Shown: in pieces, positions 20,310 through 30,533 of the stretch | Layout: each line of letters opens with the position of its first letter | Position numbering within the stretch: position 1 is the stretch's first letter | The notes under the pieces: generated by a model | Databases searched by the model: none | Told to the model about the DNA's origin: nothing | Seen by the model: only the letters and a program-made list of their open reading frames with translations | Made by a program: the position numbers and the translations under genes | From: an uncultured virus (IMG/VR IMGVR_UViG_3300028048_000078) | Taxonomy: Duplodnaviria; Heunggongvirae; Uroviricota; Caudoviricetes | DNA length: 64,000 nucleotides | IMG/VR virus record: IMGVR_UViG_3300028048_000078 | Strand: one strand, 5' to 3'

Positions 20310-22328
20310 TTGTTTGTAGAATTTGATTATAGTTATTGGTCTAGATACAGAGAAGATACCAGTAATCCGTCAATGAATCATTTAACTTACTGTAAAGGAA
20401 TGATAGATGCCCTAAAATCATTAAATATTTGGAGTTCTGTTGAAGAGGACTTACCAATGAAATCTCAGTTTTATGATTCCAATGGTTATTTGTGTGATAG
20501 AGAGTTTGTGTGTGGCTTAACAGAAGAAGAGTGGGATTATGTAGGCAATTTGTTAGTAACCCTACCAAATTATCCGACACCGTTATTCTTTTTTTGTGCT
20601 TATCCAATTCTTTCTCCAGGACCAGCAGGTGGTCCAGTCCAAGCCAATGTTACACGTAGGTATGTAACAGATAGCCCACTTGTTTTTATGGCTCTTGGTT
20701 TAAATAATTTTGAAAGTTATTCTTCTTCTGAGAGACATTTTGTTGTGTCTGATTCTGACATCATAGAAGAGTATGATGTTAGTGTTCCATCAACTCATTA
20801 TACTGGCGATTTGGTTAAGTTTGATGATAATATATATAGGTGTTTGATAGATGGTTGTGGGTGTAAGCCTTGGGAAAACAGTGACCATTGGTTGCCACAA
20901 TTTCAGCAATTAGTTAATCCAGAGAAGTCTGGTAAGAAAATCTATACTGCTGGTATGTTAGCACCAAAGTATCTTGAATCAAAGAAGCTTAGTGATGCTC
21001 CAGATAGCTTCTTTGCAACATTTTTCTATAATAAAACTAAAATTATAACTAATTTTACTGTTGGCCCAAAGGATACAGTATATCAGTGGAGAGTGGAAGA
21101 TGTTCCTTATGCTAGGGGAACAATAGTTGAGTATAATGGTAAGCGGTATAAGAATGTTACCAATAATCCAGCAGGATGTAGTTGTATACCAATGCCATAT
21201 AATTTTGTACCTCCTTATGGATGCTCTGGCCATTGGTTACCAGAGACATTCGAGGATTTGCCAATTGAGATTCAGTCTCCTATATTGCCAATATTTACTA
21301 ATGAAAGACGGGAGATTAAGGGCAAGCAGGCAGACGATTTTATTATTTCTTATCATAACGATACACTGACTTTTATTGATTGTGTTCGTGTTGGGATAAC
21401 TCAGCGTGGGTGGGAAGATGCTCATTTGTGTGTTGATGAGAGTTTTCCTTCTAAAGGTGATGCTTGGGTATCTATATCCCCAGGTACGGATAATAATATA
21501 CAGACAGATGTTCTGTGTGATTATTTTGTGTTTGGTGGTCTTTGGGCTGTTGGTCATAATAGATTTCATTTTACTGTTTCTAGGGATGATAAGTATTGTG
21601 ATGTTGATAGTAGGGAACACTATTCTGGTGATGATTGTCCGAAATCTACCATTATTTTTAATGAATATCGTTCTGGCGGTGGAGGCAGTGATGTGATAGT
21701 AGACGACTTTGTGGCCGAATTTTCTGACTTGGCTAACTGTGCTATGTTAAACGCTGTGATTGATAGTAAGGATGGCACAAAACAAGTTGAATCAATTCAT
21801 GATATGGGATTGTATTATAATAGTGATTATCCTATGCGTTTAACTATTGCAACCTCCTTGTGCCCAGTAGATTTGTCTAGTACTGAAACTAACTATAAGG
21901 ATAAGAATTATACTAAGTATACAGTAGATACTAGTGCCCACATTACAACAGAAACAAATTATAACAGATTATTTTATTCTGACATTTTTGGTTTAATCTC
22001 TTATTCACCACTATATGTTACAGACAGTAGTAAAGCTTGGCAAGCATTGGTTCATTGTCAGACATCTTTGCGCAGTCAGTTAAATGGTATAAATTATTTA
22101 GCTCCTATTTGGATGTATGTTAGGCGTGAGCCTGTAGTGTTGGATACATGGTCTGTTCCATTTAAGAGTACTGTTTTATTTGCTTGTGATGCAGTATATA
22201 ATGATTACAAGGAGTTATTGGTTGTAGACGGAAAAGCATATATTGTGTTTAAATATTTAGTTAGCTGGAATAGTGGTAATAAAGATAGCTGTGGTGTAGC
22301 TTTATTAGTGGATGAGGGGGAATATTAG
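20310..22328 (+). CDS. Putative virion protein with CBM5/12-like motifs
   Basis: HYTGDLVKFDDNIYRC and YARGTIVEYNGKRY repeats; C-terminal YVRREP...WS. Confidence 0.6.
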   Translation: MFVEFDYSYWSRYREDTSNPSMNHLTYCKGMIDALKSLNIWSSVEEDLPMKSQFYDSNGYLCDREFVCGLTEEEWDYVGNLLVTLPNYPTPLFFFCAYPILSPGPAGGPVQANVTRRYVTDSPLVFMALGLNNFESYSSSERHFVVSDSDIIEEYDVSVPSTHYTGDLVKFDDNIYRCLIDGCGCKPWENSDHWLPQFQQLVNPEKSGKKIYTAGMLAPKYLESKKLSDAPDSFFATFFYNKTKIITNFTVGPKDTVYQWRVEDVPYARGTIVEYNGKRYKNVTNNPAGCSCIPMPYNFVPPYGCSGHWLPETFEDLPIEIQSPILPIFTNERREIKGKQADDFIISYHNDTLTFIDCVRVGITQRGWEDAHLCVDESFPSKGDAWVSISPGTDNNIQTDVLCDYFVFGGLWAVGHNRFHFTVSRDDKYCDVDSREHYSGDDCPKSTIIFNEYRSGGGGSDVIVDDFVAEFSDLANCAMLNAVIDSKDGTKQVESIHDMGLYYNSDYPMRLTIATSLCPVDLSSTETNYKDKNYTKYTVDTSAHITTETNYNRLFYSDIFGLISYSPLYVTDSSKAWQALVHCQTSLRSQLNGINYLAPIWMYVRREPVVLDTWSVPFKSTVLFACDAVYNDYKELLVVDGKAYIVFKYLVSWNSGNKDSCGVALLVDEGEY

Positions 22329-22332
22329 TTTT

Positions 22333-23574
22333 ATGGCGTTTATAAAATATACAGATTTAAATACACCAGATGAGGTGTTAACTAAGATGGCAGAGTATAT
22401 AACTTCAAGGGGGTATACAATTATTGAGCCTTTGAAGGACGATACTAATGTTTATGATAGAAGTTCTGTAGATGGTAAGAAGTTTGTATTTATGGATAGA
22501 ACACAAACATACTATATTCATTTACGTTCTTTTAATGAGATTTGGCCTTTTGGTACAACTGATGATGCTTATATGGATATTCAGACACCAGATGTTGATT
22601 ATAAGTATCAAGGTATAGCCATGACGGTATCAGAAGGGTATTCAAGAACACAGCGTTGGTATAATCAGTATTTAGTGCCAACTAATCTCAGAGGTAAAAA
22701 TGTGCAGTTTGTTTGTATCCCTGTTCCAAGTAGAGCAGAACAAAATTCTGATGGCACAGATAATGAGAATTATAACTTAAATAAGTACACTTTGTATTGT
22801 AATAATATTGTAGAGCCATCTGATACGTTGATTTTTAGTGTTGTAGCTGAAAATGTTGGTGGAGATGCTTATAGAGGTCATGATTATAGAGCAGTGCATT
22901 TAGCTTGTGGTATGCTTAGAAAGTATGATAATTGGGAAGGTGGATTTTGGTTTACAGGCTCTACCGTACCATCTATGATTAAATCTGCTTATGATTTATT
23001 TGCTAAGAGTGATTTGGACGAAGAAGATGCTTTTTATGAGATTAAGGACAGTGGTATTTTACCAATTCTTAGTAGTGGTACAGTATCTAATACATTTTTA
23101 AGAATAGATATTGATGATGCTCCAAAAGAGAGTAGAGGTTATATTAGATGGGCTTCTAGTGGTACAGATAATGTAACAGGAAAACCAATGTCTATGCCAG
23201 TGCGTGTTAGTAAGGGTGGTAATGGTCTTATACCTCATTATGCAAATATGCAATCGTCCAGTAAGCTTGATTGGGGTAGAAATATAAATACACTCAATTG
23301 TATTACATTAAACATGCCAAATTTCATGGCAGTTAGGGTAGACCCAGATGTATTAAATAATTATGCAGCTTGTGGGCAAGTAACTGGTGTATATTATGTA
23401 AGTACATTAAATATGCAGACAAGTTATTTATATGAGATGTCTTACCCTCGAAGTAATGACCTATGTCAAGTGTTTTCATACTCTATGAGGCGTGGCAGAT
23501 ATGGGTTTGATGGAATAAGTGTTCGTCAATTAGAGGACGATTCTGATAGTACAGAAGGAGATATTACTCGTTAA
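22333..23574 (+). CDS. Putative virion structural protein
   Basis: RBS GAGGGGG before ATG 22333; HLACGMLRKYDNWEGG motif; C-terminus similar to the 16427 and 20310 ORFs. Confidence 0.65.
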   Translation: MAFIKYTDLNTPDEVLTKMAEYITSRGYTIIEPLKDDTNVYDRSSVDGKKFVFMDRTQTYYIHLRSFNEIWPFGTTDDAYMDIQTPDVDYKYQGIAMTVSEGYSRTQRWYNQYLVPTNLRGKNVQFVCIPVPSRAEQNSDGTDNENYNLNKYTLYCNNIVEPSDTLIFSVVAENVGGDAYRGHDYRAVHLACGMLRKYDNWEGGFWFTGSTVPSMIKSAYDLFAKSDLDEEDAFYEIKDSGILPILSSGTVSNTFLRIDIDDAPKESRGYIRWASSGTDNVTGKPMSMPVRVSKGGNGLIPHYANMQSSSKLDWGRNINTLNCITLNMPNFMAVRVDPDVLNNYAACGQVTGVYYVSTLNMQTSYLYEMSYPRSNDLCQVFSYSMRRGRYGFDGISVRQLEDDSDSTEGDITR

Positions 23575-23581
23575 TTAGTAG

Positions 23582-23639
23582 AGACTTACATTGACATATT
23601 ATGGCAAATATGCTATAATAATAGTGTTGATGTAAGTCT
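23582..23639 (+). promoter_or_regulatory. Consensus promoter bracketed by an inverted repeat
   Basis: TTGACA 23591-96, N17, TATAAT 23614-19; agacttacat (23582-91) / atgtaagtct (23630-39). Confidence 0.75.
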
Positions 23640-23660
23640 TATTTTATTTTTGGTTAAGGG

Positions 23661-24659
23661 GTGAATTTATTATTGGCAGAAACAAGAGGTAATGTAGCTG
23701 GGGTAGTTACAATTTTAGATATTAGTTCGTTTGAGCAACATACCAATAATGATGTTATTGCCTTCTCTAAACCATTTTTTAACGGAATATTTATAATGGA
23801 TAGTGGGCTTGTTTCATCTGGTATTAGCCCAATATATTATGGTGATAAAATGACTATGCGTGGTTGGAACTTCTTAAAGATTCCTTTTGGTGCAATCAAG
23901 GATAGTGAAGAAGTTCTTACTCACCGAGATGGTTGGAAGTATATATATAATCATAAAAAGAGAACTTTTGATGCCATAGATGATTCTGGTAATACATATA
24001 TACATAGAGATAATATACAAACTATTGGTGATTTGCATATTGATTTTACCATTCAGATGAGTCATGATTTTGAGATAGTTATTGGTTCATCAGATGCATC
24101 TGATTTCGATTTTTATAGATTAGCTAAACACAGAAAGCCTACATTTGGCCCAAGCCCTGTTGTTGAAGGTAATTGCAGTTTTGATAATCTGTATGGTTAT
24201 AATGATGTACCATCATTTAGTAATCATTTAGCTACAGATAAGCGGATAGCTGAAATTGATGATGAGGATGGTGTAGGAATTATTCCTACTCTAAGAAGTG
24301 TTGATGTACTGGAATCACCAACATCAGTTGGTCAGCGAGAATTTGGTAACAGTTATGGTGCTACACAGGAATCTAAGGTATATGATGATGCGTTTGAGGT
24401 ATTTGACTTTAAGTTTATTAAGCCTAAGTATAGAGCACAAGCATTAAAGTGGAGTTTCTTATTACCTATGATGAGTAGGTGCATTTATCCAGAATTGTTT
24501 GGTGTGGAAAGATTTGGCGAAACACATAACAATAGGCCAGTATATGAACCTTGGCTTATTTGGGGAGTATTTAAGTTCTTGTTCTTGCATAGAGATGATG
24601 CTGATGATGGTACACCACCTATTGATGTGTTCGACCTTTCGCCTAACTGGTCTTATTGA
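23661..24659 (+). CDS. Hypothetical tail-region protein
   Basis: 332-aa ORF; C-terminal VFDLSPNWS resembles the start of distal-tail-like domains. Confidence 0.6.
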   Translation: MNLLLAETRGNVAGVVTILDISSFEQHTNNDVIAFSKPFFNGIFIMDSGLVSSGISPIYYGDKMTMRGWNFLKIPFGAIKDSEEVLTHRDGWKYIYNHKKRTFDAIDDSGNTYIHRDNIQTIGDLHIDFTIQMSHDFEIVIGSSDASDFDFYRLAKHRKPTFGPSPVVEGNCSFDNLYGYNDVPSFSNHLATDKRIAEIDDEDGVGIIPTLRSVDVLESPTSVGQREFGNSYGATQESKVYDDAFEVFDFKFIKPKYRAQALKWSFLLPMMSRCIYPELFGVERFGETHNNRPVYEPWLIWGVFKFLFLHRDDADDGTPPIDVFDLSPNWSY

Positions 24660-24681
24660 TAATTGGTAGGTGAGTATATAA

Positions 24682-25920
24682 TTGGCAAATACAAGAATAA
24701 CAGAGAAAATAGAGTATTTAACAGATATAATTACTGCTTATGATGGTCATGAGCAGAGACTTAAGCTAAGACAGAAACCAAGATATTCATATAGTTATGA
24801 TTATGATGCTATGGATAAGTATCAAGCTCAGTGGCTTAGAGGACAGACTAGAATGAGACAGAGTGATTTGTGGTATATACCAATGTGGCACTCCCCAGCA
24901 TATCTTAAAGAAGATTTTGTTGAGCATGGTAAAGCATTGTACATAGAAGATAAATATATGTATAATTTTAGAGATTGTGAATATATTGAAATATTTTGGG
25001 AAGATGATTTTAAGCAACAATCTAATATAGTTCGTGCTGTGCATAGCTATCAGCCTGGAGTTATAAGGTTGAAGGGTAAGATTGATATCCCATTATATAC
25101 AGAAAACACATTTATTTATCCGTTGAGGCAGTGCTCAACTACAGCACAAGATGGTCTTAAGTATGTGTATTCTAATGGAACAGCAGAAACACTGAACTTT
25201 GAGATAGTATCTAAGGAGAGTAAGGTCACTATACCAAATAATTCTATATATAATTATCAGACAGATGCTAATTACTTTAATGATTTTGGTTTACCAGAGC
25301 AATTTATGGGCAAAGAAGTGTTTTTAGAGCACCCACAGTGGGTTGGTGATGATGCACAAAGTTTGACTGTATCTAAGAACACACAGAGAATGGACAATAA
25401 TACAGGTATGTTTGTGTTTGATTTGAGAAACACAAACTCTTATGATATTCATACAACAACCATATTGCTAGATAGTCAGTCACGTATTAATAATATTAAG
25501 CGATTTTTTGAGCGTGTTTGTGGTAGGTATAAGTCATTTTATATGCCTACTTGGGTAAATGATTTTCAAGTTGATAGAGATTTGAGAGCACAAGATAATT
25601 TTATGTACACAGAATTTAATATATTATATAAGTACTATGTTAGTAATGGTAGACCAAAGAATATTGTAATATTTACTAAGGATTTTAAGTCTTATATTCG
25701 AGAGATTGCTTCATATAGTTATGAGAAGATTGGTGATAATACTTATGGTAAGTTGATTTTATCTGATAGATTGGGTGTAAGTATACCAAAGGAAGAGGTA
25801 TTGATGGTATGCTATTTGAATTTGGTTAGGTTAGATAATGATGAGTTAGTTATAAATTATGAGAACAATATTGTGGCAAATACAACATTAGTAACTAAGG
25901 AGGTTGATGATTTGATATGA
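24682..25920 (+). CDS. Distal tail-like protein
   Basis: ITEKIEYLTDIITAYDGHEQRLKLRQKPR and FFERVCGRYKSFYMPTW; position before the BR0599-like gene. Confidence 0.7.
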   Translation: MANTRITEKIEYLTDIITAYDGHEQRLKLRQKPRYSYSYDYDAMDKYQAQWLRGQTRMRQSDLWYIPMWHSPAYLKEDFVEHGKALYIEDKYMYNFRDCEYIEIFWEDDFKQQSNIVRAVHSYQPGVIRLKGKIDIPLYTENTFIYPLRQCSTTAQDGLKYVYSNGTAETLNFEIVSKESKVTIPNNSIYNYQTDANYFNDFGLPEQFMGKEVFLEHPQWVGDDAQSLTVSKNTQRMDNNTGMFVFDLRNTNSYDIHTTTILLDSQSRINNIKRFFERVCGRYKSFYMPTWVNDFQVDRDLRAQDNFMYTEFNILYKYYVSNGRPKNIVIFTKDFKSYIREIASYSYEKIGDNTYGKLILSDRLGVSIPKEEVLMVCYLNLVRLDNDELVINYENNIVANTTLVTKEVDDLI

Positions 25921-26804
25921 GTTTTTATGATGATGAAACATCAATTGATAATGCCAATCCAATAGAGTTATATTTATTTTCATATAATGGCATTGATTAT
26001 ACATATACAAGTCATGCCAATACAGTTACAGCTTACTTAGAGGGTAAGTATTATACATTTTTTCCCGATTTTATTGAACGTGGTGAGTCACTTCGTTTGG
26101 GCGATTCTGGTGGTTCATTAGAGACTTGTACAATTAAAGTTAGTAGAGCAAATAATGTTGCTTTGCTTTACAAGGGAGCACCTCCAGAGTTAGGTGCTAT
26201 TCGTGTTAGAGTTTACCGTGTTCATGGAACAAATAATAGTAATCATACACTGATTTTAAGAGGAAACGTGTCACAAGTTTCATTTACAGATAGTACAGCA
26301 ACATTAACTATAACTATAGAGTCATTGTTAAAGCGGTCTATTCCTAGAGGAACATTGAGCTATTTGTGTCAAAATTGTATTTATGATTCTAAATGTAAGT
26401 TGTCAAAGGATGATTATGCGTTACATTGTTTTGTTGATGGTGGTGTTAATGGTTTGAAATTATTTTCCACTAATCTTAATCAAAAGCCTAGTGGTTATTT
26501 TACTGATGGTTATTTGAGAATTGGTAATTCGTTGCGTACTGTAGTTAAGCATGAGTCAGATTGGGTGTTGTTAAAGTACCCAATTCCTCCATCTGATAGG
26601 TCTGCTGGTGAATTTACTATTTATCCTGGGTGTAATGGTAATTTTGAGACTTGTGCCGAAAAGTTTGGTAATACTGATAATTTTAGTGGTATACCTTATA
26701 TTCAGCCTTATGATGTATTTAGACACCCAGTTACCAATGATATTGCTTATTGGGTCAATGGAAATATTGTATTTAGAGATACAGACGGACATTTGTGGTC
26801 TTAA
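25917..26804 (+). CDS. Phage BR0599-family (GTA-like) tail hub protein
   Basis: PIELYLF, CQNCIYDSKC, PGCNGNFETCAEKFGNTDNFSGIPYI. Confidence 0.85.
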   Translation: MSFYDDETSIDNANPIELYLFSYNGIDYTYTSHANTVTAYLEGKYYTFFPDFIERGESLRLGDSGGSLETCTIKVSRANNVALLYKGAPPELGAIRVRVYRVHGTNNSNHTLILRGNVSQVSFTDSTATLTITIESLLKRSIPRGTLSYLCQNCIYDSKCKLSKDDYALHCFVDGGVNGLKLFSTNLNQKPSGYFTDGYLRIGNSLRTVVKHESDWVLLKYPIPPSDRSAGEFTIYPGCNGNFETCAEKFGNTDNFSGIPYIQPYDVFRHPVTNDIAYWVNGNIVFRDTDGHLWS

Positions 26805-26822
26805 TGTGGGAGGTAGATTAGT

Positions 26823-29800
26823 TTGAAACGAGGTGGCTCTAGTAATATACTAGATATGTTTTTAGGGTGGGGCGTAAGTACATTATTGCTTTGGTTATTT
26901 AGAGATAGTGCCTCATCTAGTGATACATCTACTACACAACAACCAACTAAATACTCTAATGGTGATAATAGTAATATGATTGGTTCATGTATACCTGTTG
27001 TTTTGGGTAGAGCTATGGTTAAGAGTCCTTTAGTTAGTTTTTATGATGATTTCGACTATAGGCCATACACAGAAGAGTATGGTATGCATTGTGGTGTAGA
27101 TTGGGATTCCATATTAGCGGAAATTATTTTTGCCATACTTAGTTTTGTTGTGATGCCTAATATGGTTGAGACTCCTATGGGTCCAGGTGTAGATAATGAA
27201 GAGGGTGCAAAAAATGAGGCAATACTTCAGGTTATATTTGATGTACTTATGCATATACTTATGCTTCTTTTTCTTGACCATCTTGGTAGAATAACAATTC
27301 AGAAAGGTTTTTTGTATTATCTTGGTTGGCAGCATATTATTTGTTGGACTGGTGAAAACCTTGGTTTACGCAGTATTTGGATGAATGTTTATGATGCAGA
27401 TGCCGAAGCATCTACACAGCAGGGTGTTTGGGGTAATGATATTTGTTGGAAGGCTGATAATCCTAATGGTATTGTAGTTCACATAGATAACCCAATGATG
27501 TTTGGTGGTTGGGATGAAGGTGGTGGCTTCATTGGTGATATTAGGGTTTATTTTGGTACAGAACAGCAAGGTAGAGATTCTTGGATGGTAAAGCAAATGA
27601 CAGAATCTACAAATATTCCTGCTAGTTTGAAGGGGTTAACACCTGTATATCCAATGTTTTTAACTTGTGTTATCCCTAAAGCATATATAGGTAAGCAAGC
27701 AACTATACCAGAAATGTGGTTTGAAGTTGTTAATTACCCAAATAATTTGTATACTGACTATCAGTATGAGTTACAGGGCATATATTTAGAATACATGGAT
27801 AAGTATTTAAATGAATTATATGCTTATTTGGCTAAACAAGACCCTGCGGTGCAACAATACATAAAGCCATATAAGGATGCTTTAGATGATGCTAAAGCAG
27901 ATTATGAGGATGAGGCTAGAGATGCAAACTATTGGCTTGAAGAAATGAATAAAGCTCGTAGTGACTTAGAGCAAGCTGAGTATTCTGGTAATCAGAGTGC
28001 AATTAATGCCTGTCAACAGATTTATGATAATGCTAAATCTAAGTTTGAAAGTGCTAATGCTAGTGCAAAGAGTAAGTATGATGTTGTACGAACATGCTTG
28101 GAAAATATGTTAAATAATTATCCACCAAGTAAGCGTGATGAATTTAAGAGTTTTGCAGATAAGATAACCAATCTATTGGACAATGGTGTTTGGCATTTAG
28201 GTAGGGTTGATAATGACTTGAATCCTGCTGAAGCTATTTATGAGATTTTGATGAATAAGGATTGGGGATGTAACTGTACAAGAAAATTTGAAATAGATGT
28301 ATATAGTTTACTTAGGCTTGGTATAACCTGTGAGGAAGAGGGAATGGGTATATCTTGCTTAATTAATAATGTGTCTACAGCAAATGATTATATAAATAAA
28401 ATATTAGACCATATTGGTGGGGTTAAGTTTGATAATCCATTTACAGGTAAATTAACATTTAAATTATTGCGGAGAGATTATATTGTAGATGATTTATATG
28501 AATTTAATACAAGTAATTGTTCTACTTGTGAGTTTAGTCGTTTAGATTGGAGTGAAGTTGTATCTTCTGTATCTATAAACTTTACTCATGCCGATAATAA
28601 GTATTTGGATGCTCAAGCTAGTATGTATGATTTAGCTAGTAGGTTGGTTACTTTATCTTATGTAGATAAGAATATTGATGGTAGGTATTTTACTACAGCA
28701 TCTAACGCAAAGCGTATGGCACAAGATAAATTGTTAACTTTTGGGTATCCTTTAGCCAGTGTGGAGTTAAAGTGTAATAGAATTGGTCAATTTATAACTG
28801 TTGGCGACCCAATATTAGTTAACTGGGAGCCTTATGGTATTAGTAAGCAGGTATTTAGAGTCACTAATGTTGACTATGCAACACTTACTTCTAATACTAT
28901 AACTGTAACTGCCATAGAAGATGTATTTGGTTTTGAGGATACAAACTATAGTTATAGTGATGCACCAACATGGACTGACCCAGAGAAAGTACTTGGTGAT
29001 ATTAGTCTATATAAATTTATTGAGATGCCTTATGAAATTATTAGAGCTACACATACGAGGGTTTCTGTTTGTGCATCTAAGCCAGATGATGATAGTGTTT
29101 ATTATAATGTGTGGCGTTATGATAAGGGTACTTACAGTAAATCAGCTATCTCTGATACCTGGGGATTAACTGCTCAATTAGTCTATGGTGTTAGTGAAGA
29201 ATATGGTTATAATAGTAATGATGTTGAGATTTCCTTAATAGGTAGAGATACACGAACTTTATTTGAAGATAAGATAATAAGGATTGGTCAAAATCCAGCT
29301 ACTTATAATCAGTTTAGTGGTCGAAACCTGTTAGTTATTGATGATGAAGTATTGTCTTATGAAAATATGGAAGTTCTTGCTAATGGTAATATTATTTTAA
29401 GGAATGTTATTCGTGGTGTTTATGATACTTTGCCAAAGGTACATACAGCCTATTCTAAGGTATTCTTATTGGATAACATTGTTGATGTAAATAATGGGAT
29501 GCCTGTGGCTAGTGCGGGAGATTATGCTGATGAACAACTTGAATTGACTACATCAACAGCATCTATAGAACAACCATTTGATATTGATAAAGTTACCCAT
29601 TTTTATACTAAGCGTAGAGCAGAATCACCAACACCAATGGCTGATTTACAGTTTGGTGCTGATAGAGGAACAGAGATAGAGTATAGATATAATAAGCCTG
29701 CTGGAACGGTATATAGTGGGGATATAAAAACTAAATTTAAGCTTAGAAATAAGTTTAAAGATTCTTCCATTGTTTTACAGACTGATGACCCTAGTGTTGT

Positions 29801-30485
29801 TGTTAAAATGGATGATGATATTAAATATTATGTAAAGAGTACGTCAAATAATGTAGAATTTGAGAAGCGATTTGATTCTACTGTGCATGGTGTTGACCCA
29901 ACAACTTCTATGCCATATACAGACTATATTACTGAGTTCGACTTTAAATGGGCAACCTTCTGTGGTGAGATGAATGATAGATTAATGGAAAGAAATGAAG
30001 TTAATTTAGAGATTGGTACATATAATAATGCTAATGGTTTACATTCCTATGACCATTATGAGAAGCATATATTTTATTCTACTCCTAGAGTGGCAGGTGT
30101 GATAATGGATTCGCCTACATTATTAGCTGATGTACAAGCATATGCGGATTCTATAACTCAGCAAACAATAGTAGAAATTCCTTCTTCTAAGTACATACAA
30201 AATACTACAATGACATTTGATGATTGTCCGTTAATATTAGTAGCTACTGGTATTAATAATAGTTCTGAAATTATTATGCAAAATGGCACAAAGGTAGATA
30301 TTGGTACTAAAGCATACAGAATTGACGGATATGATACAACAACTAACAAAGCTGTTATTCATGAAATTAATTTAGACCCAGAGTATGTATTCAGAACAAA
30401 TTTTGGCTCTAGTGGGGATAATAAAACATTTTGGAAGTATCGTAGTGGTAATTGGATTTCATTTACCCCATATACGACTGTTTAA
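26823..30485 (+). CDS. Tail tip / central tail (host-specificity, Phage-tail_3-like) protein
   Basis: IPVVLGR, MFGGWDEGGGFIG, NPAEAIYEILMNKDWG, TGKLTFKLLRRDY, RGVYDTLPKVH; internal coiled-coil insert. Confidence 0.85.
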   Translation: MKRGGSSNILDMFLGWGVSTLLLWLFRDSASSSDTSTTQQPTKYSNGDNSNMIGSCIPVVLGRAMVKSPLVSFYDDFDYRPYTEEYGMHCGVDWDSILAEIIFAILSFVVMPNMVETPMGPGVDNEEGAKNEAILQVIFDVLMHILMLLFLDHLGRITIQKGFLYYLGWQHIICWTGENLGLRSIWMNVYDADAEASTQQGVWGNDICWKADNPNGIVVHIDNPMMFGGWDEGGGFIGDIRVYFGTEQQGRDSWMVKQMTESTNIPASLKGLTPVYPMFLTCVIPKAYIGKQATIPEMWFEVVNYPNNLYTDYQYELQGIYLEYMDKYLNELYAYLAKQDPAVQQYIKPYKDALDDAKADYEDEARDANYWLEEMNKARSDLEQAEYSGNQSAINACQQIYDNAKSKFESANASAKSKYDVVRTCLENMLNNYPPSKRDEFKSFADKITNLLDNGVWHLGRVDNDLNPAEAIYEILMNKDWGCNCTRKFEIDVYSLLRLGITCEEEGMGISCLINNVSTANDYINKILDHIGGVKFDNPFTGKLTFKLLRRDYIVDDLYEFNTSNCSTCEFSRLDWSEVVSSVSINFTHADNKYLDAQASMYDLASRLVTLSYVDKNIDGRYFTTASNAKRMAQDKLLTFGYPLASVELKCNRIGQFITVGDPILVNWEPYGISKQVFRVTNVDYATLTSNTITVTAIEDVFGFEDTNYSYSDAPTWTDPEKVLGDISLYKFIEMPYEIIRATHTRVSVCASKPDDDSVYYNVWRYDKGTYSKSAISDTWGLTAQLVYGVSEEYGYNSNDVEISLIGRDTRTLFEDKIIRIGQNPATYNQFSGRNLLVIDDEVLSYENMEVLANGNIILRNVIRGVYDTLPKVHTAYSKVFLLDNIVDVNNGMPVASAGDYADEQLELTTSTASIEQPFDIDKVTHFYTKRRAESPTPMADLQFGADRGTEIEYRYNKPAGTVYSGDIKTKFKLRNKFKDSSIVLQTDDPSVVVKMDDDIKYYVKSTSNNVEFEKRFDSTVHGVDPTTSMPYTDYITEFDFKWATFCGEMNDRLMERNEVNLEIGTYNNANGLHSYDHYEKHIFYSTPRVAGVIMDSPTLLADVQAYADSITQQTIVEIPSSKYIQNTTMTFDDCPLILVATGINNSSEIIMQNGTKVDIGTKAYRIDGYDTTTNKAVIHEINLDPEYVFRTNFGSSGDNKTFWKYRSGNWISFTPYTTV

Positions 30486-30533
30486 TAGTTGGGGGCAATT
30501 AGCCCCCTTATACTATATCGAGGTGAAATAAAT

